Source of the DNA: Planctomycetota bacterium
Lineage (GTDB): Bacteria > Planctomycetota > UBA1135 > UBA2386
DNA: 57,653 bases
NCBI GenBank assembly: GCA_947501605.1
Contig: CANMWZ010000026.1
Span: 1-57,653, forward strand
Direction: 5' to 3'
Below, piece after piece: positions 1-10,400 of this stretch. The notes beneath the pieces were generated by a model that saw only the letters and a list, made by a program, of their open reading frames with translations, made no database searches and was not told the origin of the DNA. The position numbers and the translations under genes are program-made. Position 1 is the stretch's first letter. Each line of letters starts with the position of its first letter.

Positions 1-440
1 GCTGCGCGGTCGGCGATGGTTGGCGAGAGCACGTCCTCGAACAGAGCTTCGAAGTCGACTTCTCCGAGTCCTTTCGGTGCGAAGTCGGGTGCCGCGAGTG
101 AGGTCGAGCCGTCGGCCACGACTTGCACATTGCCGATGGTGTCCGAGCCGACGGCGAGAAGCAGCGTCAGTTCGTCGTCGGCCGAGGTCTTGGTCGCACG
201 TCGGATCGCCGTGAGTCGACGACCTTCGGGCAAGAGGCCGGAGAAGAATGGAGGCAGGGCGCCGGCGGGTGCCTTCACCACGCCGATGTCGAGGGGGAGA
301 GTCGTGGCGACCGGGCTGCCGTCGTAGCCGTCGACGTAGACGAACTCGACGCCGGTCCTGGTCCGCCGCAGTGTGCCCGCGCGCTGGCCGTCGACGAGAA
401 CCGCCGCGGTCTCGAGGGTCTTGAGATCGGCGAGGCTCAT
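1..440 (-). CDS. hipA: HipA-family toxin kinase, N-terminal part (truncated by window edge)
   Basis: Manual translation from ATG 440 (not in ORF track): MSLADLKTLETAAVLVDGQRAGTLRRTRTGVEFVYVDGYDGSPVATTLPL...LPPFFSGLLPEGRRL...LLLAVGSDTIGNVQVV, matching the HipA N-terminal pattern; ATGA overlap with the HTH gene stop. Confidence 0.88.
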   Translation of the reverse strand, partial: MSLADLKTLETAAVLVDGQRAGTLRRTRTGVEFVYVDGYDGSPVATTLPLDIGVVKAPAGALPPFFSGLLPEGRRLTAIRRATKTSADDELTLLLAVGSDTIGNVQVVADGSTSLAAPDFAPKGLGEVDFEALFEDVLSPTIADRA

Positions 441-679
441 GACGCGGGGGGTGTCAGGTCATCCGCGACCCGCAGGCCGGGCCGTCGCTGCAGTTCGAGT
501 CCGAGCCCGAGCGCATCGAGAAGGGTCAGTAGCTTGTCGAGCCGCAGCGTCGTCTTCCCGGCCTCGACCATGTGCACGAAGCGTGTGGAGCACTGCGCGA
601 GCTCGGCCAGTTGGTCCTGGCGCAGGCGGAGGGCGCGTCGGCGGGCGCGCACGGCTGCGGCGAATGCATGATCGTGCAT
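437..679 (-). CDS. hipB: HipB-like XRE/HTH antitoxin (80 aa)
   Basis: C-terminal 80 aa of ORF 437..3016: MHDHAFAAAVRARRRALRLRQDQLAELAQCSTRFVHMVEAGKTTLRLDKLLTLLDALGL, XRE HTH; coupled to hipA. Start could instead be TTG 718. Confidence 0.85.
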   Translation of the reverse strand: MHDHAFAAAVRARRRALRLRQDQLAELAQCSTRFVHMVEAGKTTLRLDKLLTLLDALGLGLELQRRPGLRVADDLTPPAS

Positions 680-800
680 GTGGACGAGAGTATCGGCGGG
701 AGGGGCCGACTTCTCCAAGACATTATGCACGAACATGCAGAAAGTCGCGAACTTTGGGTGGTGTAGTGGGGATGGGCGGGCTCGCACGCACGAACGTGCA
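665..800. promoter_or_regulatory. Three palindromic operator-like sites (T/C)GCA-N6-TGCA, putative HipB operators
   Basis: tgcatgatcgtgca 665-678, tgcacgaacatgca 726-739, cgcacgaacgtgca 787-800; exact 61-bp period; site 1 covers the first hipB codons, site 2 overlaps a minus-strand CATAAT (722-727). Confidence 0.65.
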
Positions 801-970
801 TGTGGTTCGTCCGCTCTCTGCGAGGGGGGGCGCCTGCAGGGAGGAATCGAGTCCGAGGAAGAACGCTCGAAGGGGGATGAGGGGACGCGTCGTCCGGGCC
901 CCGGTGCTTCATCAAGTCCAACGGACTGGCTTTCTAGTCGGTAGGGGCCGCCTACTCTCCCGCCCCGACC

Positions 971-3967
971 ATGGCAGCCACGCGCCCCCTCGTTCCCGTC
1001 CTCGCCCTCGCCGCCCTCGCCCCGTTCGCCCGTTCCCAAGGTGCCCCGCAGAAGCCCGAGTTCCCGTACTCCATGGACTTCGGCCCCTGCCTCACGTCGA
1101 CGATGACGTCGCCGTCCGGCGTGTCCCCGGTCACGCACAAGGCGCTGATCGTGAAGCTGCAGAACGGTGCCGCCGCGTTCGACACCGAGTTGCTGCGCAT
1201 GTCGTCCATCTGGAGCGACGGTTGGCTCGAGCTGCGCGGCACCGCCTACGACGAGTCCCACGGCCCCATGCCGAGTCAGAAGGGGCGTGAGATCGCGGCT
1301 GTCGCGATCGGTCCCGGCGTCGCCAACGGCAGCGATCTCGCCGATCCCCGTCCCGTGCCGTTCGGGCCGTTGCCCAAGACGTTCGGCGCCTACGAAGGCC
1401 ACTGGCTGTGCGGCGACCAAGTCGTCCTCGGATATCGCCTCGGCAACAGCCGCGTGCTCGAGCACTACGCCATCGAGAACGGCGCTGGCGGTACGTTCGG
1501 CGCGCGCACCTTCGAGTTCGCTCCGAGCAACGAAGTGCGGACGATCGTGTTGCTCGATGCTCCCGGCGACGGCGAGGTCGGCACCGCCGCGTGGAGCGGC
1601 AAGCAGCAGCCCTCGGACAGCATGGTCGGCTACGCCGCGTTGCAGTGGACGCCGGGTGTGCCTTCTCCCGTCGAGGCCGCCGTCGGGTGGGAGGACTGGC
1701 AGAACCTGCCCATGGGCGGGCCCAGCAGCGAGGACTACCTCGACCAGAAGAGTGGCACCAACGCCTCGATCGCGTTCGTGCCTTCGTTCCGCCGGCCGCA
1801 GACTGCAAAGAAGTTGAAGGAAGGCGAAGTCGATGCAGCCGCGGATCTCTTGTTGCCGCGTCTGCACGACGGTGCTGCGGCGAACCACGACGAGGACCAG
1901 GAGCGCAGCATTCGCTTCGAGCCCCGCAGTGGCGACGCGCGCGTGGTCGTCGATCTGCAGAAGGTCGTCGATGTCTCGCGCATCAGCGTCTACTCGCGGC
2001 ATCACGGCGATCGCGCGCCGCAGCACTACGACCTCTACGCCAGCGATGCCGAGACGGCGCCCGCAGTCGATGCCGCCGATCCCGCCGCCGCCGGTTGGAC
2101 CGAGATCGCCGAGGTCCAGTCGACGCGCCTCGGGCGCGGTGGCAAGCACGGCACCAGCGTCAGCAAGAAGGGCGGCCTCGGTCGCTATCGCCACCTCCTG
2201 TTCGTCGTGCACAGTTCCGGGGCGTTGTTCAGCGAGGTCGATGTGTTCGCCGACTCGTTCCGCGCCCCGTGCGACCAGAAGGAGCGCGAGGCCGAGTCCG
2301 CGGCGGTCGCCCTGTTCGCCGATCCCAAGGCGCAGTTGATGCTGCGCACCGACGGCCGCCGCATCCTGCTCGATGTCGCGCCGAGCGAACGCAAGATCGC
2401 CTGCAAGGTGCTCTACGGCAGCGGCGGCATGAAGCAGTTCGAAGCGCATGCGGCCCACGCCGCGCGCGGCGCCGCGCCGCTCGATCTGAGTGCACTCCTG
2501 CAGAAGGGCGATCGCGCGCGGTGGGGCGAGCCCATCGTCACCAAGGGCCAGCGTGGCAGCGACGACGAGGCCTATGCCGTCGACACCATCGAGATCCCGT
2601 TCCAGAACCGCTTCGGCGCCAACATGCGCGTCTGCGCCTTCGACTTCTTCCGCGATGGTCGCGCTGCGATCACCACGTGGAACGGCGACGTCTGGATCGT
2701 CGCCGGCCTCGACGACACCTTGCAGAACGTGCAGTGGCGGCGCTTCGCGACCGGACTCTACGACCCGCTCGGGCTGCGGATCGTGGACGACGTCGTCTAC
2801 GTGCACGGCCGCGACGGCATCACGCGATTGCACGACAACAACGGCGACGGCGAAGCCGACTTCTACGAGTGCTTCAACCACGACGAATGCGTGACCAACG
2901 CGTTCCACGAGTTCGCCTTCGACCTGCAGACCGACCCCGAAGGCAACTTCTACACCAGCAAGGGCGCGCCCGTGAACCCGGGCGGCCGCGGCTTCATGAC
3001 CATCGCGCCCCACCACGGCACGATCATGAAGATCACGAGCGACGGCAGTTCGCTCGAGGTCGTGGCCAGCGGCCTGCGCGCGCCGAACGGCATCGGCGTC
3101 TCACCCGACGGCAAGGTCATCACCAGTGGTGACAACGAAGGCACCTTCATGCCGCGTTGCCGCCTCAACTGGATCGAGAAGCCGGGCTTCTACGCCGGTG
3201 TGCGCGACACCGCGCAGCGGCGCGACATCCCGGACGAGCCCGATCGCCCGCTGTGCTACCTGCCCATGGACGTCGACAACAGCAGCGGCGGCCAAGTGTG
3301 GGTGACCAGCAACGCGTGGGGCCCGTTCGAAGGGCGACTCCTGCATCTCAGCTACGGCACCAGTGGGGTCTACCTCGTCTGCAAGGAAGACCGCAGCGAC
3401 AGCATCCAAGGCGGTGTCGTGCGGTTCCCATTGAGCTTGTCGTCGAGTGCGATGCGCGCGCGCTTCCATCCGACCGACGGTCAGCTCTACCTCGCCGGGT
3501 TCCAAGGCTGGCAGACCACTGCAGCGAAGCTCGCCGGCTTCCACCGCGTTCGCTACACCAAGAAGCCCATCGCGATGGCGGTGGGGTTGCGCACCTGCGA
3601 GCAGGGCATCTACCTGACGTTCCAGGAGCCGCTCGACGAGGAGACCGCGAGCGACAAGGACAGCTACGGCGTCGAGATCTGGAACTACCTCTACTCGCCG
3701 AACTACGGCTCGCCCGAGCTGTCGATCCTGCACCCCGAGCGCAAGATCGAGCAGGGCAAGCAGAACCGCGACGCGCTGGCGGTGACCGCGGTTTCGCTGT
3801 CGCCGGACCGCCGAACGGTGTTCCTCGCAGTCACTGGCATGCAGCCCGCCATGCAGATGAAGGTGCTCTACAACGTCGACGCCGCCGACGGCACCGCCGT
3901 GAAGGGTGAACTCCACGGCTCGATCCACGTGCTCGGCGGCGACCCGGGGTTCCCTTCGACCCGCTGA
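971..3967 (+). CDS. Secreted DUF6797-like protein with discoidin-like insert and sorbosone/glucose-dehydrogenase-like beta-propeller
   Basis: 998 aa; signal peptide; N-terminal AAFDTELLR...W; F5/8C-like segment (VVVDLQKVVDVSRISVY...FSEVDVF); propeller motifs FATGLYDPLGL, GLRAPNGIG, RARFHPTDGQLY; no CxxCH. Confidence 0.7.
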   Translation: MAATRPLVPVLALAALAPFARSQGAPQKPEFPYSMDFGPCLTSTMTSPSGVSPVTHKALIVKLQNGAAAFDTELLRMSSIWSDGWLELRGTAYDESHGPMPSQKGREIAAVAIGPGVANGSDLADPRPVPFGPLPKTFGAYEGHWLCGDQVVLGYRLGNSRVLEHYAIENGAGGTFGARTFEFAPSNEVRTIVLLDAPGDGEVGTAAWSGKQQPSDSMVGYAALQWTPGVPSPVEAAVGWEDWQNLPMGGPSSEDYLDQKSGTNASIAFVPSFRRPQTAKKLKEGEVDAAADLLLPRLHDGAAANHDEDQERSIRFEPRSGDARVVVDLQKVVDVSRISVYSRHHGDRAPQHYDLYASDAETAPAVDAADPAAAGWTEIAEVQSTRLGRGGKHGTSVSKKGGLGRYRHLLFVVHSSGALFSEVDVFADSFRAPCDQKEREAESAAVALFADPKAQLMLRTDGRRILLDVAPSERKIACKVLYGSGGMKQFEAHAAHAARGAAPLDLSALLQKGDRARWGEPIVTKGQRGSDDEAYAVDTIEIPFQNRFGANMRVCAFDFFRDGRAAITTWNGDVWIVAGLDDTLQNVQWRRFATGLYDPLGLRIVDDVVYVHGRDGITRLHDNNGDGEADFYECFNHDECVTNAFHEFAFDLQTDPEGNFYTSKGAPVNPGGRGFMTIAPHHGTIMKITSDGSSLEVVASGLRAPNGIGVSPDGKVITSGDNEGTFMPRCRLNWIEKPGFYAGVRDTAQRRDIPDEPDRPLCYLPMDVDNSSGGQVWVTSNAWGPFEGRLLHLSYGTSGVYLVCKEDRSDSIQGGVVRFPLSLSSSAMRARFHPTDGQLYLAGFQGWQTTAAKLAGFHRVRYTKKPIAMAVGLRTCEQGIYLTFQEPLDEETASDKDSYGVEIWNYLYSPNYGSPELSILHPERKIEQGKQNRDALAVTAVSLSPDRRTVFLAVTGMQPAMQMKVLYNVDAADGTAVKGELHGSIHVLGGDPGFPSTR

Positions 3968-4012
3968 GCGGTGGGCTGCTCGCCCCGATGGGGCATAGGC
4001 CGGACGCGTCGC

Positions 4013-4291
4013 TCAGCCGCGCTTGGTGATCTCGAGCAGGTGGTAGCCGAACTGCGTCTTCACCGGCCCGTGGACCTTGCCGACTTCGCCGTTGAACACC
4101 ACGGTGTCGAACTCCTTGACCATCTGGCCTGGGCCGAACTCGCCGAGCGCGCCGCCCTTCTGCCCGGACGGGCAGGTCGAGTGGGTCTTGGCGAGTGCGC
4201 CAAAGTCGGCGCCCTTCTCGATCTGCTGCTTGAGGTCGAGGCAGGCTTGTTCGGTCTTGACGAGAATGTGGCGGGCTGAGGCGCGGACCAT
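4013..4291 (-). CDS. ppiC: Parvulin peptidyl-prolyl isomerase PpiC
   Basis: 92 aa: ASARHILVK, FGALAKTHSTCPSG..GGALGEF, PVKTQFGYHLL. Confidence 0.95.
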   Translation of the reverse strand: MVRASARHILVKTEQACLDLKQQIEKGADFGALAKTHSTCPSGQKGGALGEFGPGQMVKEFDTVVFNGEVGKVHGPVKTQFGYHLLEITKRG

Positions 4292-4417
4292 GTTGAGGCT
4301 CCAGTGAGTGGGAAAGCGCGCACGCTACGGCGCGCGGGCCTCCTCCTCAACCGCGGACTCGCGCACTGCCTGCAGCTGTCGTTGGCATTCGCTTCTCTCC
4401 TGCGTCAGGATCTCGGT

Positions 4418-6460
4418 ATGGCTCGGACCAACATGTTGGCAGTGCTCGTTTCGACGATTGCCCTGATTGCCGCTCCTCATGCCCGTGGGCAGGGAACGGC
4501 CTCCCCGGCGGCGCCCGCCCAAGTTGCGCGTTCGCAAGGCCTGAAGGTGACCTACGCGCCGCTCGAGCCCAAACGGAAGACCAAGGAAGGCACGCACAGC
4601 TACCGCACGCGCCTGCTGTCGCTCGCAGTCGAACGCGGCGAGACACCGACGCCGATGCTGTCGCCGGGCATGTTCGACGCGAAGTTCGAGGGCGTGCTGA
4701 ATCTGCAGGTGAGAGATCGCTTCCACTTCCAAGTCGAAGGCCGCGGTTCGTTCGCGCTCACGATCAATGGCGAGAAGGCGCTGTCGGGCTCACTGCGCGG
4801 CAAGCCGATCGCGACTGCCGAGCCGGTGCGGCTCAAGAAGGGCGACAACCAGGTCGAACTGCGTTTTGAGAGCGGCGTCGGCGGTGACGGGCAGCTCCGA
4901 CTGTCCTGGTCGGGTTCCGACTTCGCGTTCGAGCCGATCGCGCCCGAGCAGTGGTTGTGGGCCGATGACGACAAGGAGATCGCCGCCGGCGCGCTGTTGC
5001 AACGCGGCCACCATTTGTTCACCGAGGGGCGCTGCGTGCAGTGTCATCGCACCGAAGAAGCCCAGGGCGCGTATGCGCGTGGTGTCGCGACCGACACCGC
5101 TCCCGACCTGCGCAATGTCGGCGCGCGGCTTCATCCCGCGTTCCTTGCCGAATGGGTGCGCGATCCCAAGAAGGTGCGCCCCGATGCTTCGATGCCGCGC
5201 TTTCGTCTCGACAAAGACAGCGACTACGACGATCTCGCGGCGTGGCTCGCAACGCTGGGCAAGCCGCTCGAAGACAGCCAGTTTGCCGCCGACGCCGCCG
5301 AGCGTGGCGCCGGCCGCTTCTTGGAACTCGGCTGCATCGCCTGCCATGTGCCGCCCAGCCAGGATGCCGCGGCGGCCAAGTCGAGCGGCCGATTGGCGCT
5401 CGACTTCGTGCCCCGCAAGTGGCGGCCATCGGCGCTCCAGCAGTTCTTGCAGTCGCCGCTGCGTGATCATCCCAGCACGCGGATGCCTGACTTTCGACTC
5501 GATGCCGAGGACGCCAAGGCGCTGACCGCCTACCTCACGCAGGGTGCCACGATCGAAGCGCCAAAGCGTGGCGATGCGGACAACGGTCGCCGCATCGCGC
5601 AGCGCCACGGCTGCGACCGTTGCCACGCGCTCGAATTGCCGGACGCGGGTCGTCGCTTCCAAGAACTGCGCGGCCTGCACGCCGATCACGGTTGCCTCGC
5701 CGACGACGTGAAGGCCCCGGACTTCGGTTTTGCCGACGCCGATCGCACCGCGGTGCGCGCGTTCTTGCCGCATGCCCAGCAGGTGATTCTGCGTCGGGCA
5801 CCGATGGACTACGCGGCGCGCATGGTGCCGGAACTGCGGTGCACCAACTGCCACGGCATGGACTCGCGGGCGTCGCAGTGGGCGCAAATCGCGGCCTCGA
5901 TGTCGGTGGATGAGCCATTGCCGCCAGAGCAGGATCCCGTCGCGCAGGGCGTGCCGGCGCTGACGTGGGTCGGGAGCAAGCTGCAGCCTGGCTGGATGGA
6001 TCGATTCGTCACCGGCCGTGAGAAGTCACCGCGGCCGTGGTTGCATGCACGGATGCCGAACTTTGGTACGCGCGGTAGCGATGTCATCGCCGGACTCGTG
6101 CGAACGCACGGGTTCCCGGCGCAGGACGAGCCCGAAGTGGCGCCTGCTGAGCAGTTGGCAGTGCACGGGAAGAGGCTCGTACAGATGGGCGAGGGTTTTG
6201 CCTGCGTCCAGTGTCACGGCATTGGCGACAAGCCACCGATCCAAGTGTTCGAGCGCCAAGGCATCAACTTCGCGATCGCGGCCAAGCGTCTGCGCCGCGA
6301 CTACTACATCCGGTGGATGCTCGATCCGCTGCGCATCGATCCCGAGGCGAGGATGCCGAAGTTCGCCGACGCGAAGGGCAAGACGGCCTTCACTGACGTT
6401 CTGGGTGGTGATGCGCGCAGCCAATTCGACGCGATCTGGCAGTGGTTCCGGACGCTGTGA
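4418..6460 (+). CDS. Exported pentaheme cytochrome c with N-terminal PA14-like domain
   Basis: Signal peptide from ATG 4418; five CxxCH (5033, 5333, 5612, 5840, 6203); four MPxF distal-Met motifs; PA14-like FDAKFEGVL...LRLSWSG. Confidence 0.85.
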   Translation: MARTNMLAVLVSTIALIAAPHARGQGTASPAAPAQVARSQGLKVTYAPLEPKRKTKEGTHSYRTRLLSLAVERGETPTPMLSPGMFDAKFEGVLNLQVRDRFHFQVEGRGSFALTINGEKALSGSLRGKPIATAEPVRLKKGDNQVELRFESGVGGDGQLRLSWSGSDFAFEPIAPEQWLWADDDKEIAAGALLQRGHHLFTEGRCVQCHRTEEAQGAYARGVATDTAPDLRNVGARLHPAFLAEWVRDPKKVRPDASMPRFRLDKDSDYDDLAAWLATLGKPLEDSQFAADAAERGAGRFLELGCIACHVPPSQDAAAAKSSGRLALDFVPRKWRPSALQQFLQSPLRDHPSTRMPDFRLDAEDAKALTAYLTQGATIEAPKRGDADNGRRIAQRHGCDRCHALELPDAGRRFQELRGLHADHGCLADDVKAPDFGFADADRTAVRAFLPHAQQVILRRAPMDYAARMVPELRCTNCHGMDSRASQWAQIAASMSVDEPLPPEQDPVAQGVPALTWVGSKLQPGWMDRFVTGREKSPRPWLHARMPNFGTRGSDVIAGLVRTHGFPAQDEPEVAPAEQLAVHGKRLVQMGEGFACVQCHGIGDKPPIQVFERQGINFAIAAKRLRRDYYIRWMLDPLRIDPEARMPKFADAKGKTAFTDVLGGDARSQFDAIWQWFRTL

Positions 6461-6469
6461 GTTGGCGCT

Positions 6470-7414
6470 TCAGCCTTTGGTGCTGAGCAGGCGCCGCACT
6501 TCGGTTTGCACCGTGCGTCCCTGCGGTGTGTCGGTTTCGACGATCATGCGCAGCATCAGCAGTTTGCCGGCTGAGGCGCCGTCGAGCTTGATCTCGAAGC
6601 CGCCAGGAAACGTGCCGAATGCGCGCGCATACAGCGGCGTCGTGAAGCGCCCGGACTTGCCGTTCTGTGACAGTCGCAGGTTGCGCGTGGTGAATGGTCG
6701 CGAGCTTGCATCGTCCTCAGTGCACGGGATGCGCTCGGTGATGGTGAGGGGCGTGAGTTCGCCAGCGTCGCTGATACTGAAGAGCCCGGTCGTCCGCGGT
6801 GCAGAGGGATCCCAGGCGTAGAGAATTCCCGCCTCACGCAGTTGCTTCAACGCGTCCGCTCGCTGGAGTGGATCGGTGATGTCGATCAACTCCCAGTAAT
6901 CGACCAGAGGTTCGCTGACGAAGCGACGCAGATCGAGCCCGTGGTCGAACGCGAAGGGCGCTGTGACGCACAATTGAAACGTCTGCACGCGTGAGTGCGC
7001 CGGATCGAGCAGGGCGTCGTCGAGTTGGAGTCGTGGGCCAAGGCGCGCGAGGAACAGCAGATTGCCGGTCTCCTGAACGCCGGGTGGATCTTGCTCGAAT
7101 GCACCGTGCGCGGTCAGCATCGGGAGTCGGCAGCCAAGACTGCGGAAGTCGACGCCGAGGTCGAGAGCCGCGAGGTACTCAAGGTCGATCGGGTTCGAAG
7201 CAAACACCCTGGTCGTGAAGTCCACGTCAGCGGTGATCCGGCGTGCGACGCGATCCGCCACGTCTCCGAGCGTGAAGCCGGCTCGCTGTTCGCCGCGCAC
7301 GCCGGCCAGCGTGCGCATCGACTCGGCGACCATGACCATGAGCAACGACATGACGACGGAGACCGCCATCAGCTCGAGTAACGAGATGCCGGATTCTTGG
7401 CGGCGAGAGTTCAT
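6470..7414 (-). CDS. Prepilin-type protein (PilW/GspJ-like)
   Basis: MNSRRQESG|ISLLELMAVSVVMSLLMVMVA: class III signal with Glu+5; ATGA overlap with upstream gene. Confidence 0.75.
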   Translation of the reverse strand: MNSRRQESGISLLELMAVSVVMSLLMVMVAESMRTLAGVRGEQRAGFTLGDVADRVARRITADVDFTTRVFASNPIDLEYLAALDLGVDFRSLGCRLPMLTAHGAFEQDPPGVQETGNLLFLARLGPRLQLDDALLDPAHSRVQTFQLCVTAPFAFDHGLDLRRFVSEPLVDYWELIDITDPLQRADALKQLREAGILYAWDPSAPRTTGLFSISDAGELTPLTITERIPCTEDDASSRPFTTRNLRLSQNGKSGRFTTPLYARAFGTFPGGFEIKLDGASAGKLLMLRMIVETDTPQGRTVQTEVRRLLSTKG

Positions 7415-10400
7415 CCGTTGCTTCTTCGGACAAAGACCATGGCGCGATGCGTGGCGTGGTGGCTCTGAGTGCTGGTGCGCCAAGCCTCGATGGCAAATCG
7501 GACCTCGCCGGTGGGGAGATCGTCGGGCATCGCGAAGGTGAAGCTCTCGCTGCCCTGGCCGGTGTCGGCCAAGCGGTCGTCAATGGCCGTCGGGTAGACG
7601 CCAAACTCGGCGACGTCGCCGGTGAGCGCCGATAGCCACGTTGCGCCTCGATCACGCGACCACAACACGCGGTAGACCAGATCACTCTCGTCGCCGGCGA
7701 AGCCAGTCGGGTAGTTGGCGGTGTAGGCCTGCCCGTCGAAGCGCAACCACTCCGCGTTCCAGCGCAGAGTGATCTCACTAGGGTCCGTGCGCAGAGCGCC
7801 CGGCGCCGGGTCGAAGATCAACACTCGCGGGACAGCGGCGATCGAGGGCCGGACCTTCGGCGCGCCGAAGGCATGCAGGGTGCGCAAGCCCAAGAGCACT
7901 GCCTGCTGAGCCACGGACCGCGCGCTGTCGGTAGCATTTGGTGCGGTCCACAACGCCAGCGCGGCGGCGCCGTGCAGTGAGCTTTGCCAAACGTAGCTCG
8001 CGCCGCACGGCGAGCCTGCTGCCTGCCACATCGACTCCAGCAGGGTCAGTGTGGAAGCTTGGTAGCCGCTGAGGGCGCCGATCGAGGAGCCGAGAAGTCC
8101 ACTACTCGAGGGCCACTGAATCGTGGTCGAGGACGTGAGCGTTCGCGGTGGGGCGAGGTTGACGGCATCGTTGATGGCGCTCGTCGGCGGTGCCGGCGTC
8201 AGCGGTGCCGGCGTCGAGTTGCCGTACGACAGCATGGAAGTGAGCTGGTTCGTAGCGACGAGTGCAGGCGCACCGAGGATCCCGAGCCGCGCCGAGAAGG
8301 TTCCAGCGACCGACGCTCCGTACGGCAGATTGGCGAGCGGCGCGCTTTGCATCCGCACCCAATGCAGCGGCGGGCTCGACGTCGGCGTCAGGTTGCCGCG
8401 CGATAGCCAGTCGACGACCGCGTCATCCGGGAACAACTCGCCGAGCCATGGCTTGTGATACCAAGGGTCCGAGCCGCCGCGCGTGAGCACGAGTTCGCCG
8501 CAGGCGGTCGTGCTCGAAGGCGCCACCGTGTCCACCTGCGGCAGGGTGCCGCCGCCGAAATCGCTGTGCATGGCGACGGCCGCCGTGCCCGCCGCCGACG
8601 GCAGCGCGATCTCGCCGCCGAGCAGTAGTACGCTCGCCAACTCCGGCGCCGCGGCGACGTAGACGGCGCCGCTGTGCTGCAAGCCATCGCGGAGGAGCTG
8701 CAGCAGCCTTGGCGAATCGGCACGTACGCCGTCGCCCAGACCATCGCGCAGCAGTGTGGAGCCAAAGCACGGCCACTCCAGGCGTGCGTCCTCGAGTCCA
8801 TTCACTAAGTCATCGAAGTTGGCGTTGTAGCCATCGGGAGTTGTGGCGCCGCCGACTGCGAGGTCGCTGTACGGGCAAAGGCGCGGGTCGCCGAGGAACT
8901 GCGCGCGCTCTGTCGGCGGCACGGCAGTCGCGCTGTCCGACCACCACGCGAACGTCTCGCTCAGGTTCATCGGTTCGATCGGGGTCGGCCAGCGGACGCC
9001 GGTGTTGGTCGACGAGCCGATGCGCGTTACGACGCGAAGGACGTGATCCTGGTCCGGCAGCAGGCCGCTGCTGAACACCTGATTTGGGATGCGGATGCGC
9101 CAGCGCGCGGTGTTGCGATTGATGCGGCCGACGCCCTTCGTCGCCAGGTCGCGGGCGAAGTTGCCGCTCACTGGCGATGGGTTGTAGTCGAGACCGTAGA
9201 GCTGGGCGCTGGGATCGAGACCGCCAAGGCCGTGCACCGGCGCGCAGAGCGGCGTGTTGTACAGCCGGATCCAGGTGTACGGGTCGGCGCCGCCGACGTA
9301 GCCCGCCTGGAAGTACATGTCGAACTTCTCGGTTGCGCTCGTGGGGGCGATCCCGGTGGCGCTGTCGAAGGTGGCGTAGCTAGCGGCACCAGCCCCGGCT
9401 ACGCCCTTGTTGAGGTCGATGCCGCCCACCATGCGCCGGATCTCCAAGGTCGCGGCGGAGCCAGCACTGCCGTTGATGCTGCCGGTGAAATCGCCGCCGT
9501 AGATCTGCACCAGGATCGGCTCGACCAGAATGTCGTCCGTGTTGGCGGTGCGGTAGGCGTAGACGCGCAGTTCGACGGGGTCCGCGTCCGTTGGGCTGCC
9601 GTTGCCGTCGGGATCGCGCGGGGTCCACAGGCGCGCCGGGTGGGTGACGACTCGCACCCCGGGCCGCGCCAGCGGGTCCTTGGCGGCGTCGCTGTAGTTG
9701 CGCAACGGCGGCATCGGCAGACCGCGACCATGCAGGTTCAAGAAAATGGCGTTGCGGTAGCGCTCGGGCCGTTGCTGCAAGTCGTCGAGCAGCAATTGCA
9801 ATGGCGGTTCGTCGGCGAACTCCGCGCCACTGGTGACTCGCTGCGCAAAGGTGCGCCACGCTGCCGGTGAGCGCATGCAGTGGTTGAAGCGATCCGCAAT
9901 CGCGGATGGGATCGCCTCAGCGCCAGAGACGCCGTGGACAAGCCCGGCTTCGGTTCGGTGCGTGCCGACGATCAGTTCCGACTGGAACAGCGTCTTGATC
10001 GGGCCCGAGCCGCCGAGCCTGCCGGGCATCCAGTAGGCGGCCGGCGAGCTCTGCGTGGCCGGAATCGTCGTGTTGACGAACGGCACGTAGCACGCGTCGC
10101 GGCCGTAGCCAAGCCGCGTGATCCAGTGCAACTGAAAGCGCGCCTGCGACTGTGCTGCGATCTCGTTGCAGACACTCTCGACGTGGTCCCTGAGCTCGGC
10201 GATATCGGTCCACAGCCCTGGCGCTTCGGCGCAGGCGAGGACGTAGACATCGTGCACTTGCTCGGGAGCATCGGCTGGCGGCAGCAGCGAGAACAGCATC
10301 GCGTGGCTGGCCGCACCCCGCCAGATCGCGCCGTCGCGCAGGTCGATGTGCACGCGGCACCAGTACTGACCAGTGGTCTCGTGCGGCTCGACTTCGACGC

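Noticed and set aside
680..3016. 859-aa minus-strand ORF in frame with hipB
   Set aside because: The upstream part is the antisense shadow of the 971..3967 gene; only the last 80 aa look like a protein
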